From the sequence record PZ386977.1: a DNA stretch of 64,000 nt; one strand, written 5' to 3'. Source of the stretch: a phage. Shown piece by piece: positions 22,301-32,238 of the stretch; positions within the stretch are counted from its first letter, which is position 1, and each line of letters starts with the position of its first letter. The translations under genes and the position numbers were made by a program. Below the pieces are notes generated by a model that was not told the DNA's origin, did no database searches, and saw only the letters and a list, made by a program, of their open reading frames with translations.

Positions 22301-23216
22301 TGTATTTGAAGTTGGTGATGAAACGTCTAATCATTTTTATTCTCAACGTAATAAAGATGGGAATATAGCGTTTAGCATTAATGGTACTGTAATGCCAATA
22401 AACATTAATGCTTCCGGTTTGATGAATGTTAATGGCGTTGCAACATTTGGTAGTTCAGTTACTGCTAATGGCGAATTTATCAGTAAATCACCAAATGCTT
22501 TTAGAGCAATAAATGGAAATTACGGATTCTTTATTCGTAATGCTGGTAATGACACCTATTTTATGCTCACTGCAGCCGGTGATCAGAGTGGTGGATATAA
22601 TGGATTACGTCCTTTGGCTATTAATAATCAGTCTGGTCAAGTAACGATTGGTGAAAGCTTAATCATTGCCAAAGGTGCTACTATAAATTCAGGTGGTTTA
22701 ACTGTTAACTCGAGAATTCGTTCTCAGGGTATTAAAACAACTGATTTATATACTCGTGCTCCTACCGCCGATACGACCGGATTCTGGTCAATTGATATTA
22801 ACGATTCGGCCACTTATAACCAATTCCCTGGTTATTTTAAAATGGTTGAAAAAACTAATGAAGTGTCTGGACTTCCATACTTAGAACGTGGTGAAGAAGT
22901 TAAATCTCCTGGTACTTTGACTCAATTTGGCAATACTCTTGATTCACTTTACCAAGATTGGATTACTTATCCAACAACTCCAGATGCACGTACCACTCGC
23001 TGGACACGTACATGGCAGAAAACTAAAAATTCTTGGTCAAGTTTTGTTCAAGTATTTGATGGTGGAAACCCTCCTCAACCTTCTGATATTGGCGCTTTAC
23101 CTTCTGATAATGCAACAATCGGAAACTTGACAATACGGGATTTCTTAAGGATTGGTAATGTCCGCGTTATTCCAGACCCTGTGAATAAATCTGTTAAATT
23201 CGAGTGGATTGAATAA
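19341..23216 (+). CDS. 34: gp34 long tail fibre proximal subunit
   Basis: 1291 aa; repeated tail-fibre motif units; first gene of 34-35-36-37 order. Confidence 0.9.
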   Translation: MADIKRKFRAEDGLDAGGDKIVNVALADRTVGTDGVNVDFLVQENTVQVYDSTRGYNKGFVVLYDNRLYQAINDIVSPSGAFNLLQWRAVRTDAQWITVASGNYQLSSGESISVNTGAGNDMVFTLPNAPVDGDTIVLADIGGRTGAVKVQINASVQSILNFRGEQVRTVLMTRPRSQLVFVFSNRLWQMYIIDYGKESITVTPATPYQAQANDFIVLRFTSAAPIDITLPRNANNGDIISLVDLDKLNPLYHTIIKTFDDTTSIGEVGTHIVEGRTSSDAFFVFDAANSLWRIWEGDQKSRLRIIRTDSNIRPNEEVLIFGTNNATAETINLTLPTGILSGDTVKISMNYMRKGQTVKIKAAEGDTIASSVALLQFPKRSEYPPDAQWVSVTELEFNGTTSYVPVLELAYVEDTDSDTHYWVVQQNVPTVERVDAGTDATRARLGVIALATQAQANADLENTPAKEVAITPETLANRTATEARRGIAKIATTAQVNQNSTATFVDDTIVTPKKLNERTATETRRGLAEIATQAETDAGLDDTTIITPKKLQARQGSETLSGIVKYVSTTSATPAETRGAAGTNVYNKTVNNLTISPKALDQYKATYAQQGAVILAVDSEVIAGQSQSGYSHAVVTPETLHKKTSTDGRIGLIEIATQAETNAGTDYTRAVTPKTLNDRRATEGLSGIAEIATQVEFDTGTDDTRISTPLKIKTHFDSSDRTSVNSDSGLIEEGTLWNHYTLDISKANETQRGTLRVATQAESNAGTLDDVLITPKKLLGTKSTETSEGVIKVATRAETVTGTSANTAVSPKNLKWIVQNEPTWAATTAIRGFVKTSSGSITFVGDDTHGSTQDLNLYEKNSYAISPYELNRVLANYLPLKAKAADASLLDGIDSSQFIRRDIAQTVNGSLTLTKQTNLSAPLVSSSTATFGGSVSANSTLTISNSGTATRLIFEKGPQTGTNPAQTMTIRVWGNQFGGGSDTTRSTVFEVGDETSNHFYSQRNKDGNIAFSINGTVMPININASGLMNVNGVATFGSSVTANGEFISKSPNAFRAINGNYGFFIRNAGNDTYFMLTAAGDQSGGYNGLRPLAINNQSGQVTIGESLIIAKGATINSGGLTVNSRIRSQGIKTTDLYTRAPTADTTGFWSIDINDSATYNQFPGYFKMVEKTNEVSGLPYLERGEEVKSPGTLTQFGNTLDSLYQDWITYPTTPDARTTRWTRTWQKTKNSWSSFVQVFDGGNPPQPSDIGALPSDNATIGNLTIRDFLRIGNVRVIPDPVNKSVKFEWIE
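20640..21790 (+). repeat. in-frame array of about 35-aa tail-fibre repeats within gp34
   Basis: Recurring units ...TRRGxAEIATQAETxAGxDDTTIiTPKKL... at least eight times. Confidence 0.7.
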
Positions 23217-23224
23217 GAGGTATT

Positions 23225-24352
23225 ATGGAAAAATTTATGGCTAAGTTTGGACAAGGATACGTCCAAACGCCATTTTTATCGGAAAGCAATTCAGTACGAT
23301 TTAAATTAAGCATAGCGGGCTCTTGTCCGCTATCAACATCTCCTGCTTATATTAAGTTCCAGGATAATCCACTTGGGTCCCAGGTTTTTTCCGTTGGATT
23401 AAACGTTCGTGTAATAAATCCTACAACAGGTGCAGTAGTTGAATCTAAGTCATATAATTTCTCTACTGAAAACGACGCCACGTCAAGTGCATTTGTTACT
23501 TTCATGGACACATATGCTTCAAATTTTATATTTGCTCTTGTTACTAATGCTAAAACAAACTTTCCTCCTGAAGTTCTTGCATGGTTTACTAAAGCTGGGA
23601 GTTCTGCTATTCCATTAGCTCAACAAGTTTTAAATATAGTGGACATTTCTTATTCTGCATTTTATATTTCTGGTAAGAATGCTATAGCACTAGAACATAT
23701 TAAGTATAGTAATAAGAAAACTTCAACCGACTATAGTACACCACTTGATGTTGTGTACGACACGATTGATGATATTGGTGCTACTGGCTTCCCTAGTCGT
23801 ACGTACGAATCGACAGACACATTTTTATCTGCTGTTGGAGGTACTAATAATGAAATTAAAAGGATGCCTACAACGTCCATTATTACACCTCTCGCCGGGT
23901 ATAAATTGAAGCCTGGAGATTTCCTTTATATGAAATTCCAACTAATGGCTGATGCCGATTTGTTAGCACAAGGGACGACACGACTTTCTATTCGTTTCTT
24001 TAAATCTCCTTCTACTTCACCTATTTCATTTAAGGATATAAACTTTGATGGGGCTGCAGGTGAATGGAAGATATATGAAGACTACATAGAAATTCCTGCT
24101 GGTGCTGATGGGTTCACGATTTATTGTTATCGTACAGCTCCAGACGGGCAAGGTGGATTAAGAAACGTTATATTCACTGAAGTATCATGTAATGGAAGCG
24201 TTTCAAAACCTGCGGAGTTTGGTATAAATGGTATTCGTGTAAATTATGTTTCAGAATCTTTAAGTGCCCCAGACATAATGACATTACCTACTCAATCTTC
24301 AACTGATACTGGTAAGGTATTTGGACAAGAATTTAAAGAAGCATCAGAATAA
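23225..24352 (+). CDS. 35: gp35 long tail fibre hinge
   Basis: 375 aa; position between 34 and 36; AAGAGG SD. Confidence 0.85.
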   Translation: MEKFMAKFGQGYVQTPFLSESNSVRFKLSIAGSCPLSTSPAYIKFQDNPLGSQVFSVGLNVRVINPTTGAVVESKSYNFSTENDATSSAFVTFMDTYASNFIFALVTNAKTNFPPEVLAWFTKAGSSAIPLAQQVLNIVDISYSAFYISGKNAIALEHIKYSNKKTSTDYSTPLDVVYDTIDDIGATGFPSRTYESTDTFLSAVGGTNNEIKRMPTTSIITPLAGYKLKPGDFLYMKFQLMADADLLAQGTTRLSIRFFKSPSTSPISFKDINFDGAAGEWKIYEDYIEIPAGADGFTIYCYRTAPDGQGGLRNVIFTEVSCNGSVSKPAEFGINGIRVNYVSESLSAPDIMTLPTQSSTDTGKVFGQEFKEASE

Positions 24353-24357
24353 ATTTA

Positions 24358-24381
24358 GGGAGACTTCGGTCTCCCATTTTT
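24358..24381 (+). terminator. intrinsic terminator GGGAGAC-UUCG-GUCUCCC + AUUUUUG after gene 35
   Basis: Perfect stem, UUCG loop, T-run on plus strand. Confidence 0.75.
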
Positions 24382-24382
24382 G

Positions 24383-24390
24383 TATAAATA
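24383..24390 (+). promoter_or_regulatory. late promoter TATAAATA for genes 36-37-38
   Basis: Exact TATAAATA immediately after terminator, about 25 nt before gene 36 ATG. Confidence 0.7.
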
Positions 24391-24414
24391 TGGTATACAT
24401 ATAAGGAGACAACT

Positions 24415-25074
24415 ATGGCCGATTTAAAAGCTGGTAGTACAACTGGCGGCGCTGTTATATGGCATCAAGGTAATTTCCCTTTAATGCCAGCAGGTGATGA
24501 CGTCCTGTATAAAACGTTTAAACTCTATTCAGAATATAATAAACCACAAGCGGCTGATAACGATTTCGTTTCTAAAGCTAACGGTGGTACTTATTTAAAT
24601 AAGGTAATTTTTAATAAAGGAATGACTGTCCCTGGCGCAGGATCAGGTGACAATGGTATTTTTGCTGGTCCTGGTGATAATGCCACGTATGATACTACAA
24701 ATATGGATATTGTTTCGTGGTACGGTATTGGTTTTAAATCATCACAAGGTTCAGCAGCCCGAACTGTTGTAATTAATACACGTAATGGTGATATTAGCAC
24801 AAAAGGTGTTGTATCAGCATCAGGTCAAGTAAGAAGTGATGCGGCTGCTCCAGTTGCAGTGAATGACCTTACTCGTAAAGATTATGTTGATGGACGAATA
24901 AATATTGTTACGGATAACGCAAATTCCCGTGTATTGCGTAAAGGCGATACCATGACTGGTACTTTAACAGCACCAAACTTTTTCTCACAGAATCCGGCGT
25001 CTGAGGCTAATCATGTTCCTCGTTTCGACCAGATTGTAATTAAAGATTCTGTTCAAGATTTCGGCTATTATTAA
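24415..25074 (+). CDS. 36: gp36 long tail fibre distal connector
   Basis: 219 aa; AAGGAG SD; position. Confidence 0.85.
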   Translation: MADLKAGSTTGGAVIWHQGNFPLMPAGDDVLYKTFKLYSEYNKPQAADNDFVSKANGGTYLNKVIFNKGMTVPGAGSGDNGIFAGPGDNATYDTTNMDIVSWYGIGFKSSQGSAARTVVINTRNGDISTKGVVSASGQVRSDAAAPVAVNDLTRKDYVDGRINIVTDNANSRVLRKGDTMTGTLTAPNFFSQNPASEANHVPRFDQIVIKDSVQDFGYY

Positions 25075-25082
25075 GAGGACTT

Positions 25083-28000
25083 ATGGCTACATTAAAACAG
25101 ATACAATTTAAAAGAAGCAAAGTGGCAGGAGTTAATCCTACTGCAGCACAATTAGCCGAAGGCGAATTAGCGATAAACTTAAAAGACCGAACTCTTTTTA
25201 CTAAAGATGACCTCGGTAATATTATTAGCCTAGGCTTTGCTAAGGGCGGGGATATTAATGGTAATGTAACTCAAACCGGCGATTATTTACAAAACGGCAC
25301 ATATAATCTTAATGGAAACCAGTTTGTTTATGCAGGAAAGTATATTGAATTCTTGCCAAAAACTGCTGGAAATGGTGCTTGGGCTAACCAACATTTGAAT
25401 AAAGCCCCTATCTTTACAGATTTAAGTTCAACTACTTCTGTTTCAGAATACCATCCGCTGATTAAACAACGCTATAAAGATGGAACTTTTTCTGCTGGTA
25501 CATTAGTAAACGAAGGTAGTTTTAAATTCCATTATATTGATGAAACCGGGACTTCAAAATACTGGACTTTTAATCGAAACGGTAATTTTCAAGTTGATTC
25601 CGGAAGTTTATTAGTATCTAATGGATATTTAGTTACTCAAAGTAATATTGAAACTAAAGCTGGTTCTTTAATTGGTCCTAAAGTTATTACCAAAAATATC
25701 AATGTGAGCACTAAATCTTGGGACACTAATATTGATACTGCATATGATTTAGTTTCATTACCGACTTGGCACTATATTCCAACCGAAACAGATTTGGATA
25801 CTAATGGTATAAACTACCTTCGTAAATTCCGCGGACATGTTTCTTCTGCTATTTTCCATGAAGTTGCTGATGCTCGTTCAGGTAAACCACAGAATATTTC
25901 GTATTGGACGGGACGTAATGCTGAAGTTTATCAATGGTCTTATACCACAGATGGGCGTATGTCTGTTGCTAATTCGATAGGTATAGGTCTTGCTGATGTT
26001 GGTGACCAAGGACGTTATCCATTGGTTTCGTTTGGTAAAGGTATTGCAATTGGTGACAATGATACTGGTATTAAATGGGTTCGTGACGGCGTTATCGATT
26101 TAGTTGCGAATGGTATTTCTGCCGGCACTATTCGTAATAACGGTATTAACAGTACTAAAAAATTGATGGTTGGTTATAGTCGAGATTCCGGTTCTACTTG
26201 GGATTTCCCAAATAATAACCAAGCAATGTTTACTGCGCGTACCGATGTTGATGGCAATAATAACGGTGATGGTCAGACTCATATCGGTTATAGCAGTAAT
26301 TCTAAAATGTATCACTATTTCCGTGGTACAGGTCGTATGTCTGTTAGCATGGGCGATGGACTTCTTGTTGAGCCTGGCATTTTAGATATTAAAACCGGTT
26401 CAAATTCGTTAAATTTGCGTGCTGATGGTACCATCGCTTCGGTTCAAACGTTAAAACTTAATAATGGATTATATTTTAATGGTGATGGAACTAATGCTTC
26501 TCTAGTTTTTAAAGCAGCTTCAGGTATTGATGGTACTAAGCAAATAATGTGGGAAGGTGGTACTCGTGCTGGGCAGAATAAAAGCTACGTAACTGTTAAA
26601 GCATGGGGTAATTCATTTAACGCATCCGGCGATCGTAATCGTGAAACTGTATTTGAAGTTAGTGACGGGCAAGGATATTATTTTTATTCACAGCGTGTGG
26701 CTCCAAGTGGCTCTGAAACTACTGGGCCTGTTGTAACCCAGTTCAATGGACAAGTTAATGCTAGAGGAAGCTTAATAACCGACGGAAGTCTTAGAGTTAA
26801 CGGATTAAGCACTCTAGTTGGCAACGTTACAATGAATAATGGATTGTTTGTTCAAGGTGGTGCCTCAATTACCGGACAGGTTAAAATTGGTGGAACAGCT
26901 GATGCATTAAGAATTTGGAATGCTGAATACGGGGCTATTTTCCGCCGCTCGGAAGCATCATTATATATTATTCCGACTCCTAAAGATGCTGGTGAAAGCG
27001 GTGGAATAAGTAATCTTAGACCATTGATAATAGAACTGAACACTGGCACAGTTAAAATGTCGCATGATGTTCATTTAGGAGATTCTGGATCTGGTACAGG
27101 ATTATTACAAGTAAGTAATAGTCTTAAAACTATTAAAATGATATGCCCAGTAACTATTAACGAACGTAATGCAGCGCTTACTCTAGATTCTCCTTCATCT
27201 TCTTCTGCTAATTATTTACAGGGTTCTAAAGCTGGAACTAGATCGTGGTATGTTGGTCTCGGTGGCTCTGGAAACGATTTATCACTTTATAGTCAATCTT
27301 ATGGACATGGTATTGTTATAAGCGATAATTTCGTGTCAATTAGTAAACCTCTTAAAGTTGGAAATGCTCAATTAGGTACTGATGGTAACATCACTGGCGG
27401 CACTGGTAATTTTGCTAACTTGAATACCACAATAAATAACCTTAAGACAGATATTGTCTCGAGTTACCCAATTGGTGCTCCGATTCCTTGGCCTACTGAT
27501 ACACCTCCTGAAGGTTATGCCATAATGGAAGGCCAAACATTTGATACTGGCTTGTATCCTAAGTTAGCTGCGGTGTATCCTTCTGGCGCTCTGCCTGATA
27601 TGCGTGGTCAAACTATCAAGGGTAAACCATCTGGGCGCGCTGTATTAAGTACAGAAGCAGACGGTGTTAAGTCACATAGCCATAGTGCAAGTGCATCAAG
27701 CACAGATTTGGGTACTAAGACCACTTCTAGTTTTGATTACGGTAGCAAAACGACTTCAAGCTTTGATTATGGTACTAAGACCAGTAATACCACTGGCAAC
27801 CATAACCATACGGTAAGTGGTAATACTAGTTCCGCTGGTGCGCACCAACACGCGCGTTCAGGTCCTCAGGTACAAGGCGGCATACCCACTAGCGTATTCT
27901 ATGATGGATACAATAGTGCGGGTCCAAACGGCAACGCTAAATTCACTGCAACCGTGAGTGGTGCTACTGCATCGTCGAATATGGCCAAAACTTCTTCAGA

Positions 28001-28220
28001 CGGTGCCCACACCCATAGTTGGTCAGGAACCACTAGCGCTACTGGTAACCATGCTCATACTGTGGGTATTGGTGCTCATACCCATTCGGTAGGTATTGGT
28101 GCTCATTCTCATACTGTTGCAATTGGTTCCCATGGACATACAATAACTGTAAATGCCACAGGAAATACAGAAAACACAGTTAAAAACGTTGCTTTTAACT
28201 ATATCGTTCGTTTAGCATAA
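25083..28220 (+). CDS. 37: gp37 long tail fibre distal subunit (receptor-binding tip)
   Basis: 1045 aa; C-terminal His-x-His array and ...[11 protein letters not shown] end typical of T4-type gp37. Confidence 0.9.
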   Translation: MATLKQIQFKRSKVAGVNPTAAQLAEGELAINLKDRTLFTKDDLGNIISLGFAKGGDINGNVTQTGDYLQNGTYNLNGNQFVYAGKYIEFLPKTAGNGAWANQHLNKAPIFTDLSSTTSVSEYHPLIKQRYKDGTFSAGTLVNEGSFKFHYIDETGTSKYWTFNRNGNFQVDSGSLLVSNGYLVTQSNIETKAGSLIGPKVITKNINVSTKSWDTNIDTAYDLVSLPTWHYIPTETDLDTNGINYLRKFRGHVSSAIFHEVADARSGKPQNISYWTGRNAEVYQWSYTTDGRMSVANSIGIGLADVGDQGRYPLVSFGKGIAIGDNDTGIKWVRDGVIDLVANGISAGTIRNNGINSTKKLMVGYSRDSGSTWDFPNNNQAMFTARTDVDGNNNGDGQTHIGYSSNSKMYHYFRGTGRMSVSMGDGLLVEPGILDIKTGSNSLNLRADGTIASVQTLKLNNGLYFNGDGTNASLVFKAASGIDGTKQIMWEGGTRAGQNKSYVTVKAWGNSFNASGDRNRETVFEVSDGQGYYFYSQRVAPSGSETTGPVVTQFNGQVNARGSLITDGSLRVNGLSTLVGNVTMNNGLFVQGGASITGQVKIGGTADALRIWNAEYGAIFRRSEASLYIIPTPKDAGESGGISNLRPLIIELNTGTVKMSHDVHLGDSGSGTGLLQVSNSLKTIKMICPVTINERNAALTLDSPSSSSANYLQGSKAGTRSWYVGLGGSGNDLSLYSQSYGHGIVISDNFVSISKPLKVGNAQLGTDGNITGGTGNFANLNTTINNLKTDIVSSYPIGAPIPWPTDTPPEGYAIMEGQTFDTGLYPKLAAVYPSGALPDMRGQTIKGKPSGRAVLSTEADGVKSHSHSASASSTDLGTKTTSSFDYGSKTTSSFDYGTKTSNTTGNHNHTVSGNTSSAGAHQHARSGPQVQGGIPTSVFYDGYNSAGPNGNAKFTATVSGATASSNMAKTSSDGAHTHSWSGTTSATGNHAHTVGIGAHTHSVGIGAHSHTVAIGSHGHTITVNATGNTENTVKNVAFNYIVRLA
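27711..27786 (+). repeat. tandem 30-bp repeat (2.5 copies) encoding G(T/S)KTTSSFDY within gp37
   Basis: ggtactaagaccacttctagttttgattac / ggtagcaaaacgacttcaagctttgattat / ggtactaagacc. Confidence 0.8.
28062..28142 (+). repeat. tandem 27-bp repeat x3 encoding V(G/A)IG(A/S)HxH(S/T) His-x-His units in gp37 tip
   Basis: Three consecutive 27-nt units, protein [27 protein letters not shown]. Confidence 0.8.
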
Positions 28221-28226
28221 GGAGAA

Positions 28227-28245
28227 GGGACTTCGGTCCCTTTTT
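28227..28245 (+). other. hairpin GGGAC-UUCG-GUCCC + UUUUU between genes 37 and 38 (terminator/attenuator-like)
   Basis: 5-bp stem with UUCG loop ending 10 nt before gene 38 ATG. Confidence 0.55.
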
Positions 28246-28250
28246 ATAAT

Positions 28251-28802
28251 ATGAAACTCTATCACTATTATTTTGACACTAAAGAATTTTACAAAGAAGA
28301 AAATTATAAACCATTAAAAGGCGTAGGATTTCCGGCTCATTCGACACCAAAAAAACCTTTAGACCCTAAAGAAGGCTATGCTGTTATATTTGACGAACGC
28401 GAGCAAGAATGGGTATATGTTGAAGACCATCGAGGAAAAACAGTATGGACATATGATAAGCAAAAAATTGTTATTGACACTCCAGGTGCTCTTAAAAATG
28501 TTACTACAGAAGAACCTGGTGAATTTGACCTTTGGACCGACGACGGGTGGAAGGAAGATGAAGCATATAAACGCGTAGTTCAACGTGATAAGAAAATTCA
28601 TGAACTCTATAAATTATTCAGTGTTTTAAGTTCTCTTATTGACGCAGAGGTTGCTAATAGAGAAGAAAAACGAAAATTTAAAGAGCTCAAAAAATTCTTT
28701 GCCCTTTTAGAAAAACATGAACATCTTGGCGGCGAATTCCCTAAATTCCCTGACCTTGAAAACAAATCTATTATCAAAGCGATTATAAATATCTTTAAGT
28801 AA
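28251..28802 (+). CDS. 38: gp38 tail-fibre assembly chaperone (T4 type, not T2-type adhesin)
   Basis: 183 aa; MKLYHYYFDTKEFYKEENYKP... and FFALLEKHEHLGGEFP match T4 gp38. Confidence 0.85.
   Translation: MKLYHYYFDTKEFYKEENYKPLKGVGFPAHSTPKKPLDPKEGYAVIFDEREQEWVYVEDHRGKTVWTYDKQKIVIDTPGALKNVTTEEPGEFDLWTDDGWKEDEAYKRVVQRDKKIHELYKLFSVLSSLIDAEVANREEKRKFKELKKFFALLEKHEHLGGEFPKFPDLENKSIIKAIINIFK
28784..28791 (+). promoter_or_regulatory. late promoter TATAAATA for holin gene t (inside 3' end of gene 38)
   Basis: Exact TATAAATA 20 nt upstream of t ATG. Confidence 0.6.
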
Positions 28803-28811
28803 GGAGGTATT

Positions 28812-29471
28812 ATGGCAACACCAAAAGTATCATTTTCGCCTAGTGATATTCTATTTGGGTTGCTAGATCGTATTTTCAAAGATAACGCTACTGGAAAGGT
28901 TTTAATGTCCCGAGTAGCGGTAATTATTCTTTTGTTCCTAATGGCACTAATATGGTACAAAGGAAGTATTTTGCTGGATTATTATGTAAGAGCTAAGTAT
29001 GATACTTATACTGAAATAATCCAAAAAGAACGAGCTTTACGTTTTGAATCTGCGGCTCTAGAACAACTGCAAATAGTTCATATCTCATCTGGTGCAGATT
29101 TTAGTGCTGTGTATTCTTTCAGACCTAAAAACTTAAATTATTTCGTCGACCTTATAGCTTATGAAGGCAAACTGCCTAGCACAATTTCTGAAAAGTCCCT
29201 TGGGGGATTCCCAGTAGATAAAACGGCCAATGAATATATAATTCATTTAAGTGGCCGTCATTTCTCGTCTAAATCAGAATTTGCATTTTTGCCTACAAAA
29301 TCTAAGACTGCCGAACTTTCTTATATGTATAGTTGTCCATACTTTAATTTGGATAACATCTACGCTGGAACTGTGACGATGTATTGGTATAAGGGGAGTA
29401 ATATACTTGAGGAAGATCGCTTAGCAGCTATATGCAACCAAGCGGTCCGAATACTAGGAAGGGCTAAATAA
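28812..29471 (+). CDS. t: holin T
   Basis: 219 aa; single N-terminal TMD (VAVIILLFLMALIWY) and large periplasmic domain; matches T4 T. Confidence 0.9.
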   Translation: MATPKVSFSPSDILFGLLDRIFKDNATGKVLMSRVAVIILLFLMALIWYKGSILLDYYVRAKYDTYTEIIQKERALRFESAALEQLQIVHISSGADFSAVYSFRPKNLNYFVDLIAYEGKLPSTISEKSLGGFPVDKTANEYIIHLSGRHFSSKSEFAFLPTKSKTAELSYMYSCPYFNLDNIYAGTVTMYWYKGSNILEEDRLAAICNQAVRILGRAK

Positions 29472-29744
29472 TTAGTTGTTAGAATACATCGCTAAATGAC
29501 GATAAATATTTTCAAAACCTTCATTGAATTCACTAATCAGTGTTTTCTTTTCTTCGGCAGTTAAATTTGTAATTAGTTTTCTAAAAGAATTCTGATTTAG
29601 CTGCCGACCATCTTTTTTAATTCCAATCTCATTCAAGAAACCGATAAAACTTGCTCGGTCTTCAACAATATCTTCCCTAGAGAATTTAATCAAAATAGAA
29701 GCAATAGTAATAATTTCGCGTACGATTTCAATGTCTTTATTCAT
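29472..29744 (-). CDS. asiA: AsiA anti-sigma70 factor
   Basis: 90 aa; MNKDIEIVREIITIASILIKFSREDIVE... matches T4 AsiA; stop abuts t stop. Confidence 0.9.
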   Translation of the reverse strand: MNKDIEIVREIITIASILIKFSREDIVEDRASFIGFLNEIGIKKDGRQLNQNSFRKLITNLTAEEKKTLISEFNEGFENIYRHLAMYSNN

Positions 29745-29777
29745 AACGTTTTATTCATTCCACTTAGTTGATATGGA

Positions 29778-29807
29778 TATAGTACCATTATCAGTGTTGA
29801 TTGTAAA
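29778..29807 (-). promoter_or_regulatory. early promoter for asiA (GTTTAC -35, TACTAT -10, 18-nt spacer)
   Basis: gtaaac 29802-29807, atagta 29778-29783. Confidence 0.5.
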
Positions 29808-29952
29808 CGGCTTTTTCTACGCTTTTAACGTAATCAATGTAGTCTTCCTGTTCATACGAGTGTAAGGCCAAGAATGGAACTAATAGTTCATTATAGACTA
29901 AAGCCTCACGCTCACGTTCGGCCTCTACTACGTTCTGAAGATTATGACTCAT
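29791..29952 (-). CDS. small acidic protein (53 aa)
   Basis: ATG at 29950-29952 with AAGGA SD; track ORF 29791..30006 is extended upstream over the arn-like gene. Confidence 0.5.
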   Translation of the reverse strand: MSHNLQNVVEAEREREALVYNELLVPFLALHSYEQEDYIDYVKSVEKAVYNQH

Positions 29953-30241
29953 ATTGTTCCTTATAACTATCAATGTAGTCCTGTATGTCGAAGAATGACA
30001 TTTCATATTCTAGGACATTAAGAGCCCGTTCTTCAGTATAGTCAGAACCAAAGACGATAGTGATTTCACCAGGCTTCATATGATTGAAATCGACACTAAA
30101 AGGAATACGAGAACATACTTCGTCTGCCATATCTACGATAACACTACGACACACTTCTCGGTTAACCTGATAAAGCTCTGCAAGTTCTTCACATCGAATA
30201 ACAAGTTCAGTGGCAGGATTTTCTTTGATTTTAGTAAACAT
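29942..30241 (-). CDS. arn: acidic protein, Arn (anti-restriction nuclease)-like by position and composition
   Basis: 99 aa, strongly acidic, next to asiA as in T4; identity not verified. Confidence 0.45.
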   Translation of the reverse strand: MFTKIKENPATELVIRCEELAELYQVNREVCRSVIVDMADEVCSRIPFSVDFNHMKPGEITIVFGSDYTEERALNVLEYEMSFFDIQDYIDSYKEQYES

Positions 30242-30315
30242 AGTCTTTACCCTTATGTTTTTGTTTACGCTTAGATTGAAGTTCTGATTTCTTCTTGTCC
30301 TTATGAACAGAAGCC

Positions 30316-30543
30316 TTATTGAAATCGTGTTTTGCTACAAGATTGTTCATAATGATTTATAACCTCGTTTAAACATTTGTCTGTGAAAGAAAACTTTTTA
30401 GCCACAGAACATTCAATAATATGCTCTTTCAAATCTTTAGGGTCGGTATAACCCATCTCAGTAATAAAGTGGCGAATTAAAGCTTTATTCTTATCATTAA
30501 CAGAATTAAAATAATCTGCTTTAGAATCAATTATTCTCATCAT
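30316..30543 (-). CDS. hypothetical protein (75 aa)
   Basis: ORF track. Confidence 0.5.
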   Translation of the reverse strand: MMRIIDSKADYFNSVNDKNKALIRHFITEMGYTDPKDLKEHIIECSVAKKFSFTDKCLNEVINHYEQSCSKTRFQ

Positions 30544-30808
30544 CTAATTTCCTTAATTGATATTGCAACGAGCTAATAATTTCTTCGTTCATTTTAATAT
30601 ACATGTCGCGCAAGAAAGGTTTTAACCCATCACGAATAATTGCTAACGTATCACCTTTACATAAATTAACCAAATAAGGATGATCTAAAGCATCCCAACC
30701 AGGCTGATTAGCATACATACCATAATTTTCTTCCATCATAGCATTCAGGCGTTTGATATGATTAATGTGGGCTTCAATAGCATCAATCTGGAGTTGTTTA
30801 AGATTCAT
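30527..30808 (-). CDS. hypothetical protein (93 aa)
   Basis: ORF track. Confidence 0.5.
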   Translation of the reverse strand: MNLKQLQIDAIEAHINHIKRLNAMMEENYGMYANQPGWDALDHPYLVNLCKGDTLAIIRDGLKPFLRDMYIKMNEEIISSLQYQLRKLDDENN

Positions 30809-31269
30809 TAGTAAAGGTCCTCAGAGTAAAGTTCTTTTTCATTACCACCACGTTCAATACGTACTTGTCCAGCGTAAGTTGCAATAATCATTGCTTCTTC
30901 ACGTGTCCAATAATTACTATATTGGTCAATAAACCCTTGGTCATCATCACAAACTTGTTGAGTAACTAATTGAGGTTTAACTACATCTAAAACTTCTGCC
31001 ATATCTTTAGAATAATGACGAGCACCTGGAATAATAAGAGTTCGTCCATCTTTTAATTTAAAACGGTTGGCTGCGCAGACAATTCGTCGTTGATACTTTT
31101 GGTTTTCATCCCAATACAGAGTCTGCCAACAGATTTCAGGAACTTCGTCTAAAACATTTTGTTCTGTATATTCACCACCGTAAGAAGCTAATTTAGCAGC
31201 CAGACTTTCCGGAGTCTCACGCGACAAAGCTTTATCTAACAGAGCTAAACGTTCTTTAAAAGTTTTCAT
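30808..31269 (-). CDS. hypothetical protein (153 aa)
   Basis: ORF track; start/stop overlaps with neighbours. Confidence 0.55.
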   Translation of the reverse strand: MKTFKERLALLDKALSRETPESLAAKLASYGGEYTEQNVLDEVPEICWQTLYWDENQKYQRRIVCAANRFKLKDGRTLIIPGARHYSKDMAEVLDVVKPQLVTQQVCDDDQGFIDQYSNYWTREEAMIIATYAGQVRIERGGNEKELYSEDLY

Positions 31270-31595
31270 TTAAACCATTCCTTAACACGTTGCCAAATAG
31301 ATTTTTGTGATTGTTTATTTACACCAATCGAACGAATAACCGGTTGTGACTGCTGATATTCTTTATAATCTTCTTTATAGATTTCGTAAGCTGCATCAAC
31401 AAATGAACTGATCGCTGCCATAAAGTTTTTACGAAGGCCAAATGGCGCGTCATTATTTTCACGAATAACCGTATATTGGCCTGCTTTAATCTTTACAATT
31501 GTCCCTAAATAAGCCCCGTGATACCAAATATCCCATCCTTCCTGAGTAGGTTCTGCACATTTACGAAGTTCGTTAATAATATTCAGCTTATTCAT
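31266..31595 (-). CDS. hypothetical protein (109 aa)
   Basis: ORF track. Confidence 0.55.
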   Translation of the reverse strand: MNKLNIINELRKCAEPTQEGWDIWYHGAYLGTIVKIKAGQYTVIRENNDAPFGLRKNFMAAISSFVDAAYEIYKEDYKEYQQSQPVIRSIGVNKQSQKSIWQRVKEWFK

Positions 31596-31605
31596 TATGT
31601 ATTCC

Positions 31606-32238
31606 TCACAGTACGTTAGTTACAAGTGTAATGATTTCTTTGGACACATTAGGGAAGTCAATATAAGTATATTTACCACCGATCTTAATCTTAACATCAT
31701 TTTCAAGAGAAGTAAACAGCTTTGATTCAGTTTCTGACATGTTGTATGCAAAGATTCTAAGAGCGCCATCTCGTCGAATTTCAATTTGGCGAATGCCTAG
31801 AACTCGTTTAGCGAATCGAACTTCTAAGTTACTACGGTTTTCACCAATTTCTTTAACTTCAACTTTATCTTTAATATTTTCAAAAACAAAGTTTGCTAAT
31901 TCATGCATTTCAGGAGTAACTCCACGTGCTTTTCTGGTGTTACGTTTCTGAAGAAGTTCTGGAGCATTTTCTTGGGCAAAGAGGTCTGCAGCTTTTTGGA
32001 TAATATCCATTGCTTCGCCTGTTGCTACAAGTCCATCACCTGATTTTTCGACTAAACCTTTCTTAATCAATACACCAATGTTAGAGTTAACAACTGATGC
32101 ATTGTATTCTGCTTCCAGAGCTTCACGGACATTGGCAGCAGTGGTGAAGTTGTTCTTAATGATATAAACCATTATTGCAGCAGTTTTTTCATTCAGAGCG
32201 TTTTCAGAAGCTTTGATGATGTAAGTAACTTTAGACAT
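31606..32238 (-). CDS. motA: MotA middle-transcription activator
   Basis: 210 aa; MSKVTYIIKAS...NIGVLIKKGLVEKSGDGL matches T4 MotA. Confidence 0.9.
   Translation of the reverse strand: MSKVTYIIKASENALNEKTAAIMVYIIKNNFTTAANVREALEAEYNASVVNSNIGVLIKKGLVEKSGDGLVATGEAMDIIQKAADLFAQENAPELLQKRNTRKARGVTPEMHELANFVFENIKDKVEVKEIGENRSNLEVRFAKRVLGIRQIEIRRDGALRIFAYNMSETESKLFTSLENDVKIKIGGKYTYIDFPNVSKEIITLVTNVL

Noticed and set aside
28251-28802. Possibility that gp38 is a T2-type receptor-binding adhesin
   Set aside because: The protein is 183 aa and matches the T4-type chaperone; it lacks the longer glycine-rich hypervariable architecture of T2-type adhesins.
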